A stretch of DNA of 64,000 nucleotides from an uncultured Planctomycetales bacterium. Lineage in GTDB: Bacteria; Omnitrophota; Gorgyraeia; Zapsychrales; JANLHA01. The position numbers and the translations under genes are program-made. Location: contig CAZAXH010000001.1 in assembly GCA_964489065.1 (NCBI GenBank), positions 310,358-374,357 on the forward strand. The letters run 5' to 3'. The notes below the pieces were generated by a model that did not search any database, was not told the DNA's origin, and saw only the letters and a list, made by a program, of their open reading frames with translations. Below are positions 47,849 to 58,773 of this stretch, piece after piece. Position 1 is the first letter of the stretch, and every line of letters starts with the position of its first letter.

Positions 47849-47926
47849 GAATTTCCACCTTTCTCTTAAATTAAACTGACCAGCCACGCCCCGGCAAGAC
47901 ACTGCCCGCCTAGAAGAACAGCGGCG

Positions 47927-49048
47927 TTACACTTGGTGCTGCCCCTTATCGCCAGGAAGCCTCGAGGCAGCGGCTGCTAAATTTTTTTCGATTTTTTCAA
48001 ACACGTCATCCGGCGAAACGCGGCTCAGACAACTCACATGCGTGCAATCCGCCCGATGGAAATACCGGTAACAGGGCCGGCAGATAATATTACAAGTAAC
48101 AACCTCATGCCCTTCGCGGGGATAAGGGCCATACACGGCTTCAGGAACCGGTCCGAAGACAGATACGGTGCGGGTGCCGACAGCCACCGCCATATGCAGC
48201 GGCCCCCCGTCATTCATCACCGCGACGGCACAGCGTTTCAATAAAGCCGCGGTCTGCAAAATGGTCGTATCCCCGCACGCATTAATAACCGGCCCGGCAA
48301 CCGTTGCCATCAGGTTGTCCGACAAGGCCCGGTCGTTCCGGTCCCCCAACAGTATAACTTTCGCTGAAAATTTTTCAATCACTTTATTAATCAGCCCGGC
48401 GTACGAAGCCACGGGCCACTGTTTAAAATAAGCATCCTTGCCCCAAGAGGCACCTCCGCCCGGGAAAAAAGCCACAACCGGAGCGCTTCCGTTCAGCCCC
48501 TGCTTTTTAAAAAAGTCCTCGGCCCATGTCCGGTCCTCAAATGCAAACGGTAGCTCCATATGCCGGGACACATTTTTCACGCCGGCCGCCTCTCCCAACG
48601 CCAGGTAATAATCAACGACATGCCGGTCTTCATAACCCGCCAGAGGAAGGGCCTGATTCAAGAAACAACTTCTTTTCTTATAATTGTATCCGATAATATT
48701 CTTAATGCCGCAGCACCATAACAAAAAATTAATGCCGCCATTCAAAGACAGGTCAAATGCGATATCACACTGCTCATTCCGGATGGCTTGAATAAAAGAA
48801 ATAAGCTTCAGCCAATACCGGCGCCGGGATTTCTTTAAAGCCGCGACAAAATCACTGCGCTCATAAATAATGACCCGGTCGACGCAAGGGTTCTGGGCCA
48901 GGGCTTCTGAGGCCCGCCGGTTGGCCACATAAAGGATCGAACAATCCGGATAGGTCTCTTTTATATTACGCAGCAGCGGGGTTGTAAATAACACGTCCCC
49001 GATGCCGAAAATATTGACAACCAATACTTTTTTTACGAATGGCGCCAT
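47927..49048 (-). CDS. glycosyltransferase family 9 (ADP-heptose-type heptosyltransferase)
   Basis: GT9 fold pattern (VLVVNIFGIGDVLFTTPLL..., C-terminal GNDGGPLHMA-like). The first ATG is at 49048. Confidence 0.7.
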   Translation of the reverse strand: MAPFVKKVLVVNIFGIGDVLFTTPLLRNIKETYPDCSILYVANRRASEALAQNPCVDRVIIYERSDFVAALKKSRRRYWLKLISFIQAIRNEQCDIAFDLSLNGGINFLLWCCGIKNIIGYNYKKRSCFLNQALPLAGYEDRHVVDYYLALGEAAGVKNVSRHMELPFAFEDRTWAEDFFKKQGLNGSAPVVAFFPGGGASWGKDAYFKQWPVASYAGLINKVIEKFSAKVILLGDRNDRALSDNLMATVAGPVINACGDTTILQTAALLKRCAVAVMNDGGPLHMAVAVGTRTVSVFGPVPEAVYGPYPREGHEVVTCNIICRPCYRYFHRADCTHVSCLSRVSPDDVFEKIEKNLAAAASRLPGDKGQHQV

Positions 49049-49137
49049 AGTCAAAGGACTTCTTCCCTAAAAATCAAAAACCAGGTGGACCCTGCCCCCC
49101 AAGGACGAGGATTTGCGGCCCGTTGAGCCGCAAACGG

Positions 49138-50199
49138 CTAACGCGCACCCGCTCCCTGTTGTTTAAAAACCTCCGCAACCGCGCGCACCTTCTGGGACTC
49201 TTCTCTCCGGCAAACCAAAACAGCGTCACGCGTTGAGACAATCACGATATCCTCCAAACCAATCGCCGCGACCGGGCACCCTTCCGCGCGGATAAAAACA
49301 TTCCGGCAGTCCCGTTCCACAGCCTCGCCGGATATGTGATTTCCCCGCTTGTCCCTCGGCAAGACATCATACAAGGCTTCCCAGCTCCCCACGTCAGACC
49401 AACCCATATCCGCCGCCGGAACGGAAACAACATTCTCGGCCTTCTCCAAGATAGCGTAGTCCACGGAAATATGCGGCAGCCGTGACCAGTTCGCAAGCAC
49501 AAAGGAATCCGGTTGATTAAACACTGTGTTATAAACATCGGGCAGGCAAGCAGCATATTCCGTCAAGATATTATCTGCCCGCCAGACAAAAATCCCGCTG
49601 TTCCAAAAATAAGTCTTCTCCTTGAGGTATTGCCGGGCGGTCTTAATATCCGGCTTCTCCACAAATTTTTCAACCGCCCAGAGGGTTGTTTTTCCCCGCC
49701 GTTGTTTCCGGCATTTCATATACCCGTACCCGGTTTCCGGGCGGCGCGGCACAATCCCCATCGTGACCAAGTATTGCTGCTCGGCCAGCGCAAACGCCTC
49801 TTTTAAATGACGGCACAAAGCCCTAGGGTTAAGGATCAGGTGGTCCGCCGGGAAGACAGCCAGGGCCGCCTCAGGGTTCTTTCTAAACAGCTTGGCCGCC
49901 GCCCAGCAAATCGCCGGCGCGGTATTTTTCCCGCTCGGCTCCAGCAGAATATTCCGGGATGGGATCTTATAGGGCCGGCTCTGCTGACGCACGATTCTTT
50001 TATAAGACACGCCGGTCACGATATAAATTCGCTCCGCCGGGATCACGAGGAGGATCCTTTCCAACGTCTTCTGAAACAATGTTTTCTCGCTTACTATATT
50101 CAAAAATTGTTTCGGCTTTTGCGGACGGCTCAACGGCCAAAAACGCGTTCCCGACCCGCCGGCTAAAATGACAGCATACGTATTTCGATGGAATGACAT
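49138..50199 (-). CDS. manC: mannose-1-phosphate guanylyltransferase
   Basis: AVILAGGSGTRFWPLSR...KQF nucleotidyltransferase motif, without a PMI domain. The start is the ATG at 50199, which has a GAAGGGG SD. Confidence 0.75.
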   Translation of the reverse strand: MSFHRNTYAVILAGGSGTRFWPLSRPQKPKQFLNIVSEKTLFQKTLERILLVIPAERIYIVTGVSYKRIVRQQSRPYKIPSRNILLEPSGKNTAPAICWAAAKLFRKNPEAALAVFPADHLILNPRALCRHLKEAFALAEQQYLVTMGIVPRRPETGYGYMKCRKQRRGKTTLWAVEKFVEKPDIKTARQYLKEKTYFWNSGIFVWRADNILTEYAACLPDVYNTVFNQPDSFVLANWSRLPHISVDYAILEKAENVVSVPAADMGWSDVGSWEALYDVLPRDKRGNHISGEAVERDCRNVFIRAEGCPVAAIGLEDIVIVSTRDAVLVCRREESQKVRAVAEVFKQQGAGAR

Positions 50200-50299
50200 A
50201 CTCAACCCCTTCATCAATGGTTTAATATCAAAAACACGCCGCCCAGAATATCCCCCGGCCCCGTCTTCCCTTCCCAAACACCCGGGGGGACCAAGACCT

Positions 50300-51058
50300 T
50301 TAGCACGGATCTTCTTTAAGGCCGATATATTCCGCGTTGATCCTGGCCACGCTGTTAAAAATATTGCTTTTAATATTCGTGCCCGGAGTCTCTTTCTGCA
50401 ACTGATAAATCATCTCCTTCATACGCCGCCTTTGAGTTTCTTCTCCAAAAGGGCACCGGTGGGTCTGCATCGGGAATCCGTTCTCCTCCGAGAACCTCCG
50501 GGTCATCCGCTCCTCCACATAACACAAAGGGCGGATAATCACACACTGTCCCTTAAACATCTCCTGCCGGGGCTGCATCGCGGAGATTTCCCCTTTATAG
50601 AAAAGGTTCAACAATATTGTTTCCACAATATCGTCTTTATGATGCCCCAGAGCCACTTTATTGCACCCGGTTTCCGCAGCAAGGCTAAAAAGCATCTTAC
50701 GCCTGTTCCACGAACACCAGAAGCAGGTTGTGCTGGCGCTCTCGTCCAAAACCTTCATCGCGCGGAAATAATACGGGACACTGAGGGATGCAAAGATGTC
50801 CTCCAATTGGGGCTTCGGCACCGCTGTGCTACAGGCCATATCCGTTTCCACATGCGCGGCCTTGATCTCAAAACAAACCGGCGACCAATCCCTGCGGGCC
50901 GCCAGCAAATGGAGAAGCGTGAGGCTGTCTTTCCCGCCAGACACCGCCACCAGGATCTTATCCCCTTCTTCCACCAGGTTATAGTCCCCGATAGCCTGCC
51001 CGATTTTCGAAGAGATAATCTGCCCCGTACGGGACATCTTGGCCCGGGATCGTTTCAT
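50300..51058 (-). CDS. PP-loop ATPase of the TtcA/tRNA-thiolation family
   Basis: The SGGKDS PP-loop and Cys pairs (CFWCSW, C...C) are present. The ATG at 51058 has an AGGTGA SD. Confidence 0.65.
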   Translation of the reverse strand: MKRSRAKMSRTGQIISSKIGQAIGDYNLVEEGDKILVAVSGGKDSLTLLHLLAARRDWSPVCFEIKAAHVETDMACSTAVPKPQLEDIFASLSVPYYFRAMKVLDESASTTCFWCSWNRRKMLFSLAAETGCNKVALGHHKDDIVETILLNLFYKGEISAMQPRQEMFKGQCVIIRPLCYVEERMTRRFSEENGFPMQTHRCPFGEETQRRRMKEMIYQLQKETPGTNIKSNIFNSVARINAEYIGLKEDPC

Positions 51059-51299
51059 AATATTCACCTAACATTCATCGGACAAAGGCCAGCCTTGGCA
51101 TTGCCCGCCCTCCAAGCCAGGGGGAAAAGATGCCAACAAACCTGATACAAAAATCATCTTCTTGTTGTATAATAGACCCATTAACTGCTTCAGACGCAGG
51201 GCGTTTTTGTTTATTCTGTATATTCTCGTTACAGAAGAGTTTATATTATAACAAGCTTTTAGCGTTTGGGATATAAATACTTCCAAACGATCCACGCAT

Positions 51300-52856
51300 A
51301 TGACACGGTCTCCCGGGGGCACACAACTGACTTTCTTGGATTTCGTTTCGCTGGCTTTTTCCGCCGGCTTCTTTGCCGTCACATATCTTTTTTTTGTAAC
51401 CACACTGGACAATTTCGTAAGCTGGCTCGGGATGGAAGACATTTCCGGGCTCGAATTTATTTTGGTCGACGCGGTTCCTGTCTGCGCTGCGATCTGGCTG
51501 AGTCTGTTGTTTGTCAAGAAAAAGATGAAAGTCCTGGCCGGGACGTCATTCATCAGCTTATTATTCCTGGCCATCCTTTACTTTGATATTTTCCGCAATA
51601 CCCAGGAACTGTTTGAACTCACAGAAAGCATGATGCGTCTCTGCGTAACCGCCATCGGAGCGTTTCTCGGCCTTTATGTGTCCATGACGTCCGGGGGCGA
51701 ACCAGCAGGTGATCTGCTAGATGCGTCTCCGCAAAGGGATATCGCCACTCACCCGCAAAAAATTTCTGTTTTTCTTTTTATGTTTTCGATCCTGTCTTTC
51801 CCCATGGTCTATTTAAGCTTCATCATATTTATTCTTTCTCCTTTGTGCCTGGCCTTATGGCTTCTGTTCCTGGGGCTGAATGCCACTTTTATGCCTCAAA
51901 TTCTGTGGATTCTCCTGATCGCAATCCAAACCGTGTGCCTTCTCATCACCTTTCAGACCATTCATACGACATTTATTCTCCAACCGCCGATTCAACCCGG
52001 CCTCCTCATTGACCCTGAAATGAACTCCTCCCTGAAGGACGTCGTTAAGGACGTCTGCACCGCCTTGCAGGTTCCCGAACCGGAAATGCTCGTTCTGCAT
52101 GCCGAGCCAAAAATCATCATTCGGAAAAGCAATCTTAACACATTTAGCGGCCTGCTCAAACAGCGCGCCCTCTGTGTCGGGCTCCCCCTGCTTTATATGT
52201 TAAACCCCGAAGAGCTGAAGGCCTTGATCGCATTCGAGCTGGCCCCCTTCGCCGGGCAGGACAAGCTTTACAGCGAATTCATCCAGCCCAGCTACCAGAT
52301 TTTTGCCGACTCCTTCGCCCAGATGGACAACGCCCTGTTAAAACTGCAGCGGGGCAAAGCGCAGCAGGGGATACTCAACTTTATTCAATTCCCTCATAAA
52401 TTTTTTCTGCAGATCATTTCAGGTCAATTCGCCCAGTTGGACAATTTCCTGACCCCCGCCCGCATGCGGCGCGCCGCTGTTATCGCCCAGAAACACTACG
52501 CCCCCGAAGATCTTAAACGCGCCCTGGCTAAAAAAGAGCATATTGACCACTACTTTAAAGACACGTTCGGGCACATGCCTTTTAGTGAAGCCAATATTTT
52601 CCGGCAATTCCATGCCATGATGCAGGAACATTTCCAGGGCACCCTAGATCTTAAACAGGACCCCATCATGAAAGACATTTTAACTGAAATTGAGCCGCTC
52701 GAGTTGAAGATATCCCTTATTTACCAGTACTTCCGTCACATCAACCGCTATTACAAAGAATTTTATCATCTGCTCAAAGAATTCCAGGGCATAAACATCC
52801 TGGAGAAAGAGCCGGCCGGCAAAGCTCCGGCCAGCCGGAAGAATAAAAAATCATGA
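51300..52856 (+). CDS. hypothetical polytopic membrane protein
   Basis: 518 aa with multiple hydrophobic helices in the N-terminal half and a soluble C-terminal half. It is translationally coupled (ATGA) to the downstream MORN-repeat gene. Confidence 0.5.
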   Translation: MTRSPGGTQLTFLDFVSLAFSAGFFAVTYLFFVTTLDNFVSWLGMEDISGLEFILVDAVPVCAAIWLSLLFVKKKMKVLAGTSFISLLFLAILYFDIFRNTQELFELTESMMRLCVTAIGAFLGLYVSMTSGGEPAGDLLDASPQRDIATHPQKISVFLFMFSILSFPMVYLSFIIFILSPLCLALWLLFLGLNATFMPQILWILLIAIQTVCLLITFQTIHTTFILQPPIQPGLLIDPEMNSSLKDVVKDVCTALQVPEPEMLVLHAEPKIIIRKSNLNTFSGLLKQRALCVGLPLLYMLNPEELKALIAFELAPFAGQDKLYSEFIQPSYQIFADSFAQMDNALLKLQRGKAQQGILNFIQFPHKFFLQIISGQFAQLDNFLTPARMRRAAVIAQKHYAPEDLKRALAKKEHIDHYFKDTFGHMPFSEANIFRQFHAMMQEHFQGTLDLKQDPIMKDILTEIEPLELKISLIYQYFRHINRYYKEFYHLLKEFQGINILEKEPAGKAPASRKNKKS

Positions 52857-54298
52857 AACACCCGGACAATATCATAATTTTTTTTGTGTGTCTTCTCCTC
52901 CTCCCCCTGCGTGTCGTTTCGGGGCAGGAACCGCCCTCCGACGGCTGGTTCACGATTTACTTTGACAACGGAGAAGTCCGGAAAAGAGGGAAATACACGG
53001 CGGGGAACCCGGACGGGCAGTTCGTCGAATTCTATGAAAACGGCAACCAGAAAACAGTCGCCCATTACACCGAAGGGAAGAAAAACGGTCGTTTTAACGA
53101 ATATTACGAAAACGGCCAAATCAAAGAATCGGTGGAATATCAAAATGACGTTCTCAACGGCGTCATAAAAAAAGCACTGCCTGACGGGCAAATCACGTTA
53201 TTGGCAGAATACAAGAAAGGAATTCTGGATGGGCCGTATAAAGAATTCTATGAGAACGGGATCAAAAAAATTGAAGGTGATTATAAAGGGGGCCAAATCT
53301 TCGGCAGCTACAAAGAATACTATGACAACGGCAACTTGAAAACAGAAGGATTTTACAATCAGGGAGAGTTGAACGGCGTTTACATGGAATATTTCCAAGA
53401 CGGGTCCCCGAAGCTGAAAGTCCGCTATAAAAACGGGCAGAAAAGCGGACCGGAAAACCGCTATTATCACAGCGGGGACATCGATTTTTATAATTACGAT
53501 AAAAACGTCCTCGAAGGGGCGGCGAAAGTCGTGGATGAGTCCGGCCAGATTTATATGCAAATGCATTATTCAGAAGGGGAGTTAATGGGGTATCGGATCT
53601 TCCACAAAAATTTTGCGCTCAAAGAAGAGACACTGCTGAAAGACGATCAAATTCATGGAGAAAGGAAATTTTACTACCCCAACGGTAAGCTCAAACTCTA
53701 CCTCAATTACACCGAAGGGGTTTTAAACGGCGTCATGCTGGAATATGATGAGAAAGGGCAGATGATAAGAGAAGCGAATTACACCAACGGCCACCTGGAA
53801 GGGCCGTTTAAAGAATACTATGGATCCGGCGTTATAAAACGGGAAGGTACGTACAAGACCGATCTTTTGGACGGGGCCGTAAAAGAATACTATACCGATG
53901 GTTATACTCACTACGTCAAACCCTACGCGCAGAACAAAGTCGAGGGAGTTGTGTGGGAATATTACCCCCAGGGAGCTCCTAAAGTGCAGTTCACGTTTCA
54001 AGACGGGCAACTGGACGGCTCATTCAAAATGTATTACGAGGAAGGGGCCATTCTGCAGGAAGGCGCTTTCCAGGACGGAAAACTGCATGGCCTAGTCAGG
54101 ACATATTATAAAAATGGCTTCATCAAAACAGAAGAAATTTATAATCAGGATACCCTGATACAAAAGCTGGAATTCAAAGAACGGTGGCAATCTTACCTAT
54201 GGGAACAGCTTGTCAATTATGTCCAATCCCGATGGAAAGAAAGCCGCGCTGCATTATCCACCCTGCCCATTCCCAAGTCTCCCTCACCCCAAAAGTAA
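52853..54298 (+). CDS. MORN-repeat (YwqK-like) protein with signal peptide
   Basis: Roughly 18 tandem ~23-aa repeats of the form YxNGxxKxxGxYxxGxxxGxxxEYY, with a hydrophobic N-terminal signal. Confidence 0.7.
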   Translation: MKHPDNIIIFFVCLLLLPLRVVSGQEPPSDGWFTIYFDNGEVRKRGKYTAGNPDGQFVEFYENGNQKTVAHYTEGKKNGRFNEYYENGQIKESVEYQNDVLNGVIKKALPDGQITLLAEYKKGILDGPYKEFYENGIKKIEGDYKGGQIFGSYKEYYDNGNLKTEGFYNQGELNGVYMEYFQDGSPKLKVRYKNGQKSGPENRYYHSGDIDFYNYDKNVLEGAAKVVDESGQIYMQMHYSEGELMGYRIFHKNFALKEETLLKDDQIHGERKFYYPNGKLKLYLNYTEGVLNGVMLEYDEKGQMIREANYTNGHLEGPFKEYYGSGVIKREGTYKTDLLDGAVKEYYTDGYTHYVKPYAQNKVEGVVWEYYPQGAPKVQFTFQDGQLDGSFKMYYEEGAILQEGAFQDGKLHGLVRTYYKNGFIKTEEIYNQDTLIQKLEFKERWQSYLWEQLVNYVQSRWKESRAALSTLPIPKSPSPQK

Positions 54299-54321
54299 AC
54301 CAGACACGCACTTATGCATCA

Positions 54322-54984
54322 TCAGAACCGCGTCCTCTCAGGGGTTCGTACGGAAAAATCTTCCACCCATATCAATTCACAAGCCCCCCAGCCGATATCT
54401 TCCCTGGTCAGGGACGTGGTCCATCTCCAGCCGTCGTCCCCATTGACATTCACGAGGTAGCCTTCGAGAGAAACCACCTGGCCTCGTTTGGCCTTTTTAA
54501 TCTCCCGCGCCACCTCTTCCCGGGCGGGGATAAGATGCATGTTGGCGCTGTGAATCTCCACGTCACGGCGCTGGATGACAGAGTTTCGCGTCCACCAGTG
54601 ATAAAACCGGTTATATTGATGGATACCGATTTTCTTCACAATCCTTCCATCCGACATCGGGCCCCATCCCAAAGCCAGGTCAACGGGGACCAAGCGGCCG
54701 GTTCGGCCCCAGCTATAATGCTTGGCCCCCAAAACAAGGGCTTCCAGTTCAAAAGAGGCCAGGGGGGTGATACGATACCCTCCATGTTCAAACGATGTCT
54801 CCCCGTCCAGGATTTTCTGCCGCGGGCAATCCGGCGCCACCTGCCCGTCTTGAAACTTAACCGGCTGAAACCGGTACCACACCACCGCCAAAATAAGCAG
54901 CGCTAAAACCAGGGCCGCCGCCTTCTCAACAGTCAGATGCCCGATCCGGTTTGAAATCCGATGTGATCGCCCGGGGATCATCAT
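54322..54984 (-). CDS. hypothetical membrane-anchored protein
   Basis: 220 aa with a single N-terminal TM helix and no recognisable motif. Confidence 0.45.
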   Translation of the reverse strand: MMIPGRSHRISNRIGHLTVEKAAALVLALLILAVVWYRFQPVKFQDGQVAPDCPRQKILDGETSFEHGGYRITPLASFELEALVLGAKHYSWGRTGRLVPVDLALGWGPMSDGRIVKKIGIHQYNRFYHWWTRNSVIQRRDVEIHSANMHLIPAREEVAREIKKAKRGQVVSLEGYLVNVNGDDGWRWTTSLTREDIGWGACELIWVEDFSVRTPERTRF

Positions 54985-55062
54985 CCCATACGTCTCCTTA
55001 AAATTAATTCATCCGCCCGCCGGCTGTTCTTGTATTTTAACATAGCCTCAGTCTGAACATAA

Positions 55063-56571
55063 TCATCTTTTCATGCGAAAAACCCGGTACTGGCTGTTTT
55101 GCCATATCTCGTCGAATGGAAGGAATCCGGCCTCCAGGGCGGATAGCAAATCCGCATCTATTCCCCTGTCCAAAAGAAGAAACCGGATATTCATCCCGGC
55201 TATACGCTCAGTCAAATGCCCCCGCTGAGACGGCTGGTTCCAGCGGTCAGTCCCGACGCGCCCCGTCATAAGAGCCAAAGTCCGCGGCTGCCAAAAAATG
55301 TAATGCCCGTCCGGAGGGATATTCTCTTTCACCCAAGAAAACAATTCCTGATTCGCTTTTCTATAAAGAACGTCATCCTGCCGCCGGTGCGTTATGGCCA
55401 GCGTACCGGCGTTGACCAAAATCATAACAACAAACCCGGCTTTCATAACCCGTAAAAAGGCCTCCCCGACAGGCCGCCGCCAACTCATGCCCGCCCCCGC
55501 CTCAAGCGCCGTCCGGATCACAACAAAAAGCAAGACACCCCAAACCGGAAAAAGAAAGCGTATAAATTCCTGGGGAGCGTTATCAAAAGCTGATAGGACT
55601 AAAAGCATGCCGCAATAAAAGGCCAAAAACGTTTCCTCAAAGGTCAAGGTCTTCGCAAAAGACTTTACCGCAAAGAAAACACACAGGCCGATGTAAAACA
55701 CCCCGGCCGCTCCATCCAGCAAAGGGGCCATTCCCTGATAGAGAGCCCGCATGATCCTGGTGTCGATGGGAAAACTCACTATCCACAAACCCCGGGTGAT
55801 CAACGGCACATTGGCTAAAACAGCCCGCGCCGCGGCCGCTGGATGTTCCAGCAGGATCTGGAGATCGCCCGGGGAGGAACCGATCGTGACGGCCAAAACA
55901 ACGGTGAGAGACAGGAAGGCCGTTCCCAAAATCCCGGCTGCCCTAAAATTCCTCCGAATCACCGCGAAATAATAAAACATCGCGCCAGCCAACGCAACCC
56001 CGGCGGCTCGAATGCAAAACGCGGCAAGCGTCAAGACCACCGCCAGCGTCAATGCGGCGGATGCTTTCCGCTGGCGGCCCTGTTCCCGCTGTTTTTCATA
56101 AAAAGACGCGGCCGTCAGCGAAGCCCACACAAAAAAGGCAAAGGGGATGTCGGATAAAACATTCTGTTTAAAATAAAAAAAATACGCATTCACCACAAAA
56201 AATAAAACGCTTAACCTTGCGATAGTTTCCCCGAAGTTCCTCCGGAATTTATCGTAAAGAAAAACCAGCATCCCGTACCAGAAAACGACATTCCAAATTT
56301 TCAAGAATTGAAAATTCACGCCGAACACGCGTATCAACGGGGCCAGCAACACAGGAAAGCCCGGGGGGAACAGGACGGGATTATCAAGCATAATGCCTTC
56401 AGCGTATCCTCGCCCGGCCAGGATATTGCGGGCATGCATAATATATTGCGCGAAATCCCCTCCCCAATTATGCCCGGGATGAAGCGTCAGCAGATGCCAC
56501 ACAAACGTCGCCGCGCAGGCCAGCATAAAGCCACGCCGGGATAATAAGCGTTCGCCGCCCGATTCAGCCAT
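55063..56571 (-). CDS. polytopic membrane glycosyltransferase (GT39/GT83, ArnT/PMT-like)
   Basis: 502 aa with about 11 TM helices and an N-terminal region typical of dolichyl/undecaprenyl-phosphate-sugar-dependent transferases. Confidence 0.55.
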   Translation of the reverse strand: MAESGGERLLSRRGFMLACAATFVWHLLTLHPGHNWGGDFAQYIMHARNILAGRGYAEGIMLDNPVLFPPGFPVLLAPLIRVFGVNFQFLKIWNVVFWYGMLVFLYDKFRRNFGETIARLSVLFFVVNAYFFYFKQNVLSDIPFAFFVWASLTAASFYEKQREQGRQRKASAALTLAVVLTLAAFCIRAAGVALAGAMFYYFAVIRRNFRAAGILGTAFLSLTVVLAVTIGSSPGDLQILLEHPAAAARAVLANVPLITRGLWIVSFPIDTRIMRALYQGMAPLLDGAAGVFYIGLCVFFAVKSFAKTLTFEETFLAFYCGMLLVLSAFDNAPQEFIRFLFPVWGVLLFVVIRTALEAGAGMSWRRPVGEAFLRVMKAGFVVMILVNAGTLAITHRRQDDVLYRKANQELFSWVKENIPPDGHYIFWQPRTLALMTGRVGTDRWNQPSQRGHLTERIAGMNIRFLLLDRGIDADLLSALEAGFLPFDEIWQNSQYRVFRMKR

Positions 56572-56801
56572 CCCGCGCAGCCCGTTTAATCTTTTCGATA
56601 AGGTTCTGTTTGAAATTGCCCGGCCGCTGCGCTGCGGGGCCCGCCGGCACCTCAGGATCAGAGCCTCCGCAGACGGGATGCTGAGCTTTGAGGGAAGAAG
56701 GGGGAAGAAACCGGGCCTGTTTTTTATGCCAGATTACCTTTTTTTTCTTTTGAGACATAACTGTCATCATGATCCCCGCTGCGGGGACCAAATAAAACGG
56801 T

Positions 56802-57125
56802 TTATAAAAAATCATATTTATTATCGTCGGTTACCACCCCATCCGGGCCATCGCCTTTGGACATCTCCTTTTCATACTGCAATTCCTCATCAACAACCGC
56901 GTGTTCCATCAAATAACATATTTCATTAAAGGTGTCCTTATGATGAAACTCAATATAATCCTGGATGAGTTTTTCCCGGATTTCGCACCGGCACACATCA
57001 TTGACAATAACCCGGTAATCCTGGTAATCCTCCCGGTATGTCACGTCGTTCAGAGAGCGTTTCAGGTTCGCTTCCTTGATTATTTCCTGGAGCAATTCTT
57101 CGACTTTATCTTCGCTTAAAAACAT
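56802..57125 (-). CDS. hypothetical acidic protein
   Basis: 107-aa ORF of unknown function. It overlaps by 14 nt a possible 83-aa basic/hydrophobic ORF at 56564-56815. Confidence 0.35.
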   Translation of the reverse strand: MFLSEDKVEELLQEIIKEANLKRSLNDVTYREDYQDYRVIVNDVCRCEIREKLIQDYIEFHHKDTFNEICYLMEHAVVDEELQYEKEMSKGDGPDGVVTDDNKYDFL

Positions 57126-57263
57126 GGCAGACCTCCTTAGCCCTAAGGCACAGATGCTTATTGAATAGCCTATCGAAATGCCCTGAATTTTTCAACCAAA
57201 TTTATCGCCTCCCGAATAAAACATACGGCAAATTCACGGCACGTCCCCGGTCTCTCCGGGCCG

Positions 57264-58751
57264 TCAATTCCAGGAAACAATGACCGGAGTCGGCCCAGGC
57301 AGGACATCCAGCGTGATGAATGTCCCGCGGATCGTCACCGGCAGTCCCCTCCCCTCCATCCAGGCGCCCGCGGAGGAAGGCTTCAAGGGAGAGGCGTTCA
57401 CAACAACAGTTAAAGGCATCCGGTAGACCGACTTGTCCAGGTTGTGATCCAAGACGAAAACAAGACGCCCGGGTTGGGATTTCAGGACGCGCAACCGGCT
57501 GGCCCGGCGTTCCGCCATATAACAATAAGTGTTGGCAAAGGTGTCCACCCATATCCGGTCTTCCTGTTCTTGAATATATGACAAATGGTCTTCCAAGAAT
57601 TCCATGGTAATCGGCTTGAATGTCATAACCTCCTCGGTCTGCACGGCATGGCATTCGGCGACCACCCACAGCCGCTTGATCAGCATAAAGTCAATAAGCC
57701 TGCGGCCGATCGCCGCGGAAAACTTATCCCCCCCGTAAACCGGCAAAAAAATATTATCATCAAGCTGCGATAAATAATGCCGCTCCCGGACGGCCGGATG
57801 AAGCCCCGCGACCTGGCGAACCCTTTCCGGGGTTGACTGGTCAAAAGGGAAGGCGAAAGAAAACGGAGGACAGCCGATCTTTTCCGTAATCAAGCGGTAA
57901 CTCTCCCGGATCTCGCTATCAAAAACATCGTCCGGCACCTGCATCAAATAACGATGGTTCATGGAATGGTTTCCGATCTCATGACCGCGCCCGGCCGCGT
58001 CTTTCCATTCCCCCCAACTGCCGTAATAAGGATTGTCCGGTTGATTCTCGGTCCATCCCGGGTTAATCAGCACGGTTGCTTTATAGCCGTATGTATCAAA
58101 AACCGGTAAGATCTTGGTATAAACGGTTTTAGATCCGTCGTCAAAATTAAAAGATATCGCGCACTGTTTATTATCTTTAAACCGCGCGACAGACACCAGA
58201 GGAAGCGCGAACGCGTTCCTGTTCTTTTGCCGGAAAAACGGCAGGGCCCGATCTAAGAAACCGTAGACCAGATCCCCCTTAACCTGGTATCGGCCCCCCC
58301 GCTCTAAAATCTCAAGAGCCTCCGCGTCTTCTCCCCGCCAAAAATAAATCTGGGCCAATAAGGAATACGCCCTGGAATTATTCGGCGCGTAGGCGAGAGC
58401 GTCCCAGAGAATCTGCCGGCCGGCCTCAAGATCACCCTGCCGCATGAGTTGAACCGCTTTTTTAGTTAATTGGCCGGAGTGATGACTGCGTCTTAAAAAA
58501 ACCCCCTCACGAAGCGCTTCTGGGGAATAAGGAGCGTCGGGGCCATCCTGTTCCGGCTGGCCGTAAGTAAAAAAAACCTGTTGCGAAACCCCCTCGTTAT
58601 CAGGCCGGCCGGAAGAACGCGGCCCCCCGGCATCCGGTATCCCGGAAGGAGCCTGAGCCAACGCGCATCCAGCGGTTAAAAAACACAATAACAAGGACGC
58701 CAGGATTCTCCCACCGCTAAAAGCCGCTTTAAAAAATTTATAATACAGCAT
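57264..58751 (-). CDS. polysaccharide deacetylase (NodB-homology) lipoprotein with TPR repeats
   Basis: The signal peptide ends in the lipobox LTAGC. TPR motifs are followed by a NodB domain (FNFDDG...NHSMNH). Confidence 0.75.
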   Translation of the reverse strand: MLYYKFFKAAFSGGRILASLLLCFLTAGCALAQAPSGIPDAGGPRSSGRPDNEGVSQQVFFTYGQPEQDGPDAPYSPEALREGVFLRRSHHSGQLTKKAVQLMRQGDLEAGRQILWDALAYAPNNSRAYSLLAQIYFWRGEDAEALEILERGGRYQVKGDLVYGFLDRALPFFRQKNRNAFALPLVSVARFKDNKQCAISFNFDDGSKTVYTKILPVFDTYGYKATVLINPGWTENQPDNPYYGSWGEWKDAAGRGHEIGNHSMNHRYLMQVPDDVFDSEIRESYRLITEKIGCPPFSFAFPFDQSTPERVRQVAGLHPAVRERHYLSQLDDNIFLPVYGGDKFSAAIGRRLIDFMLIKRLWVVAECHAVQTEEVMTFKPITMEFLEDHLSYIQEQEDRIWVDTFANTYCYMAERRASRLRVLKSQPGRLVFVLDHNLDKSVYRMPLTVVVNASPLKPSSAGAWMEGRGLPVTIRGTFITLDVLPGPTPVIVSWN

Positions 58752-58773
58752 AAAGATAAAATTTCAGCCGTAT

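Noticed and set aside
51068-51574. 168-aa minus-strand ORF
   Set aside because: It overlaps the start of the 518-aa plus-strand membrane protein on the opposite strand, is low-complexity, has no SD-supported start, and is probably spurious.
57202-57669. 155-aa minus-strand ORF
   Set aside because: It is out-of-frame and overlaps the polysaccharide deacetylase gene on the same strand, so it is spurious.
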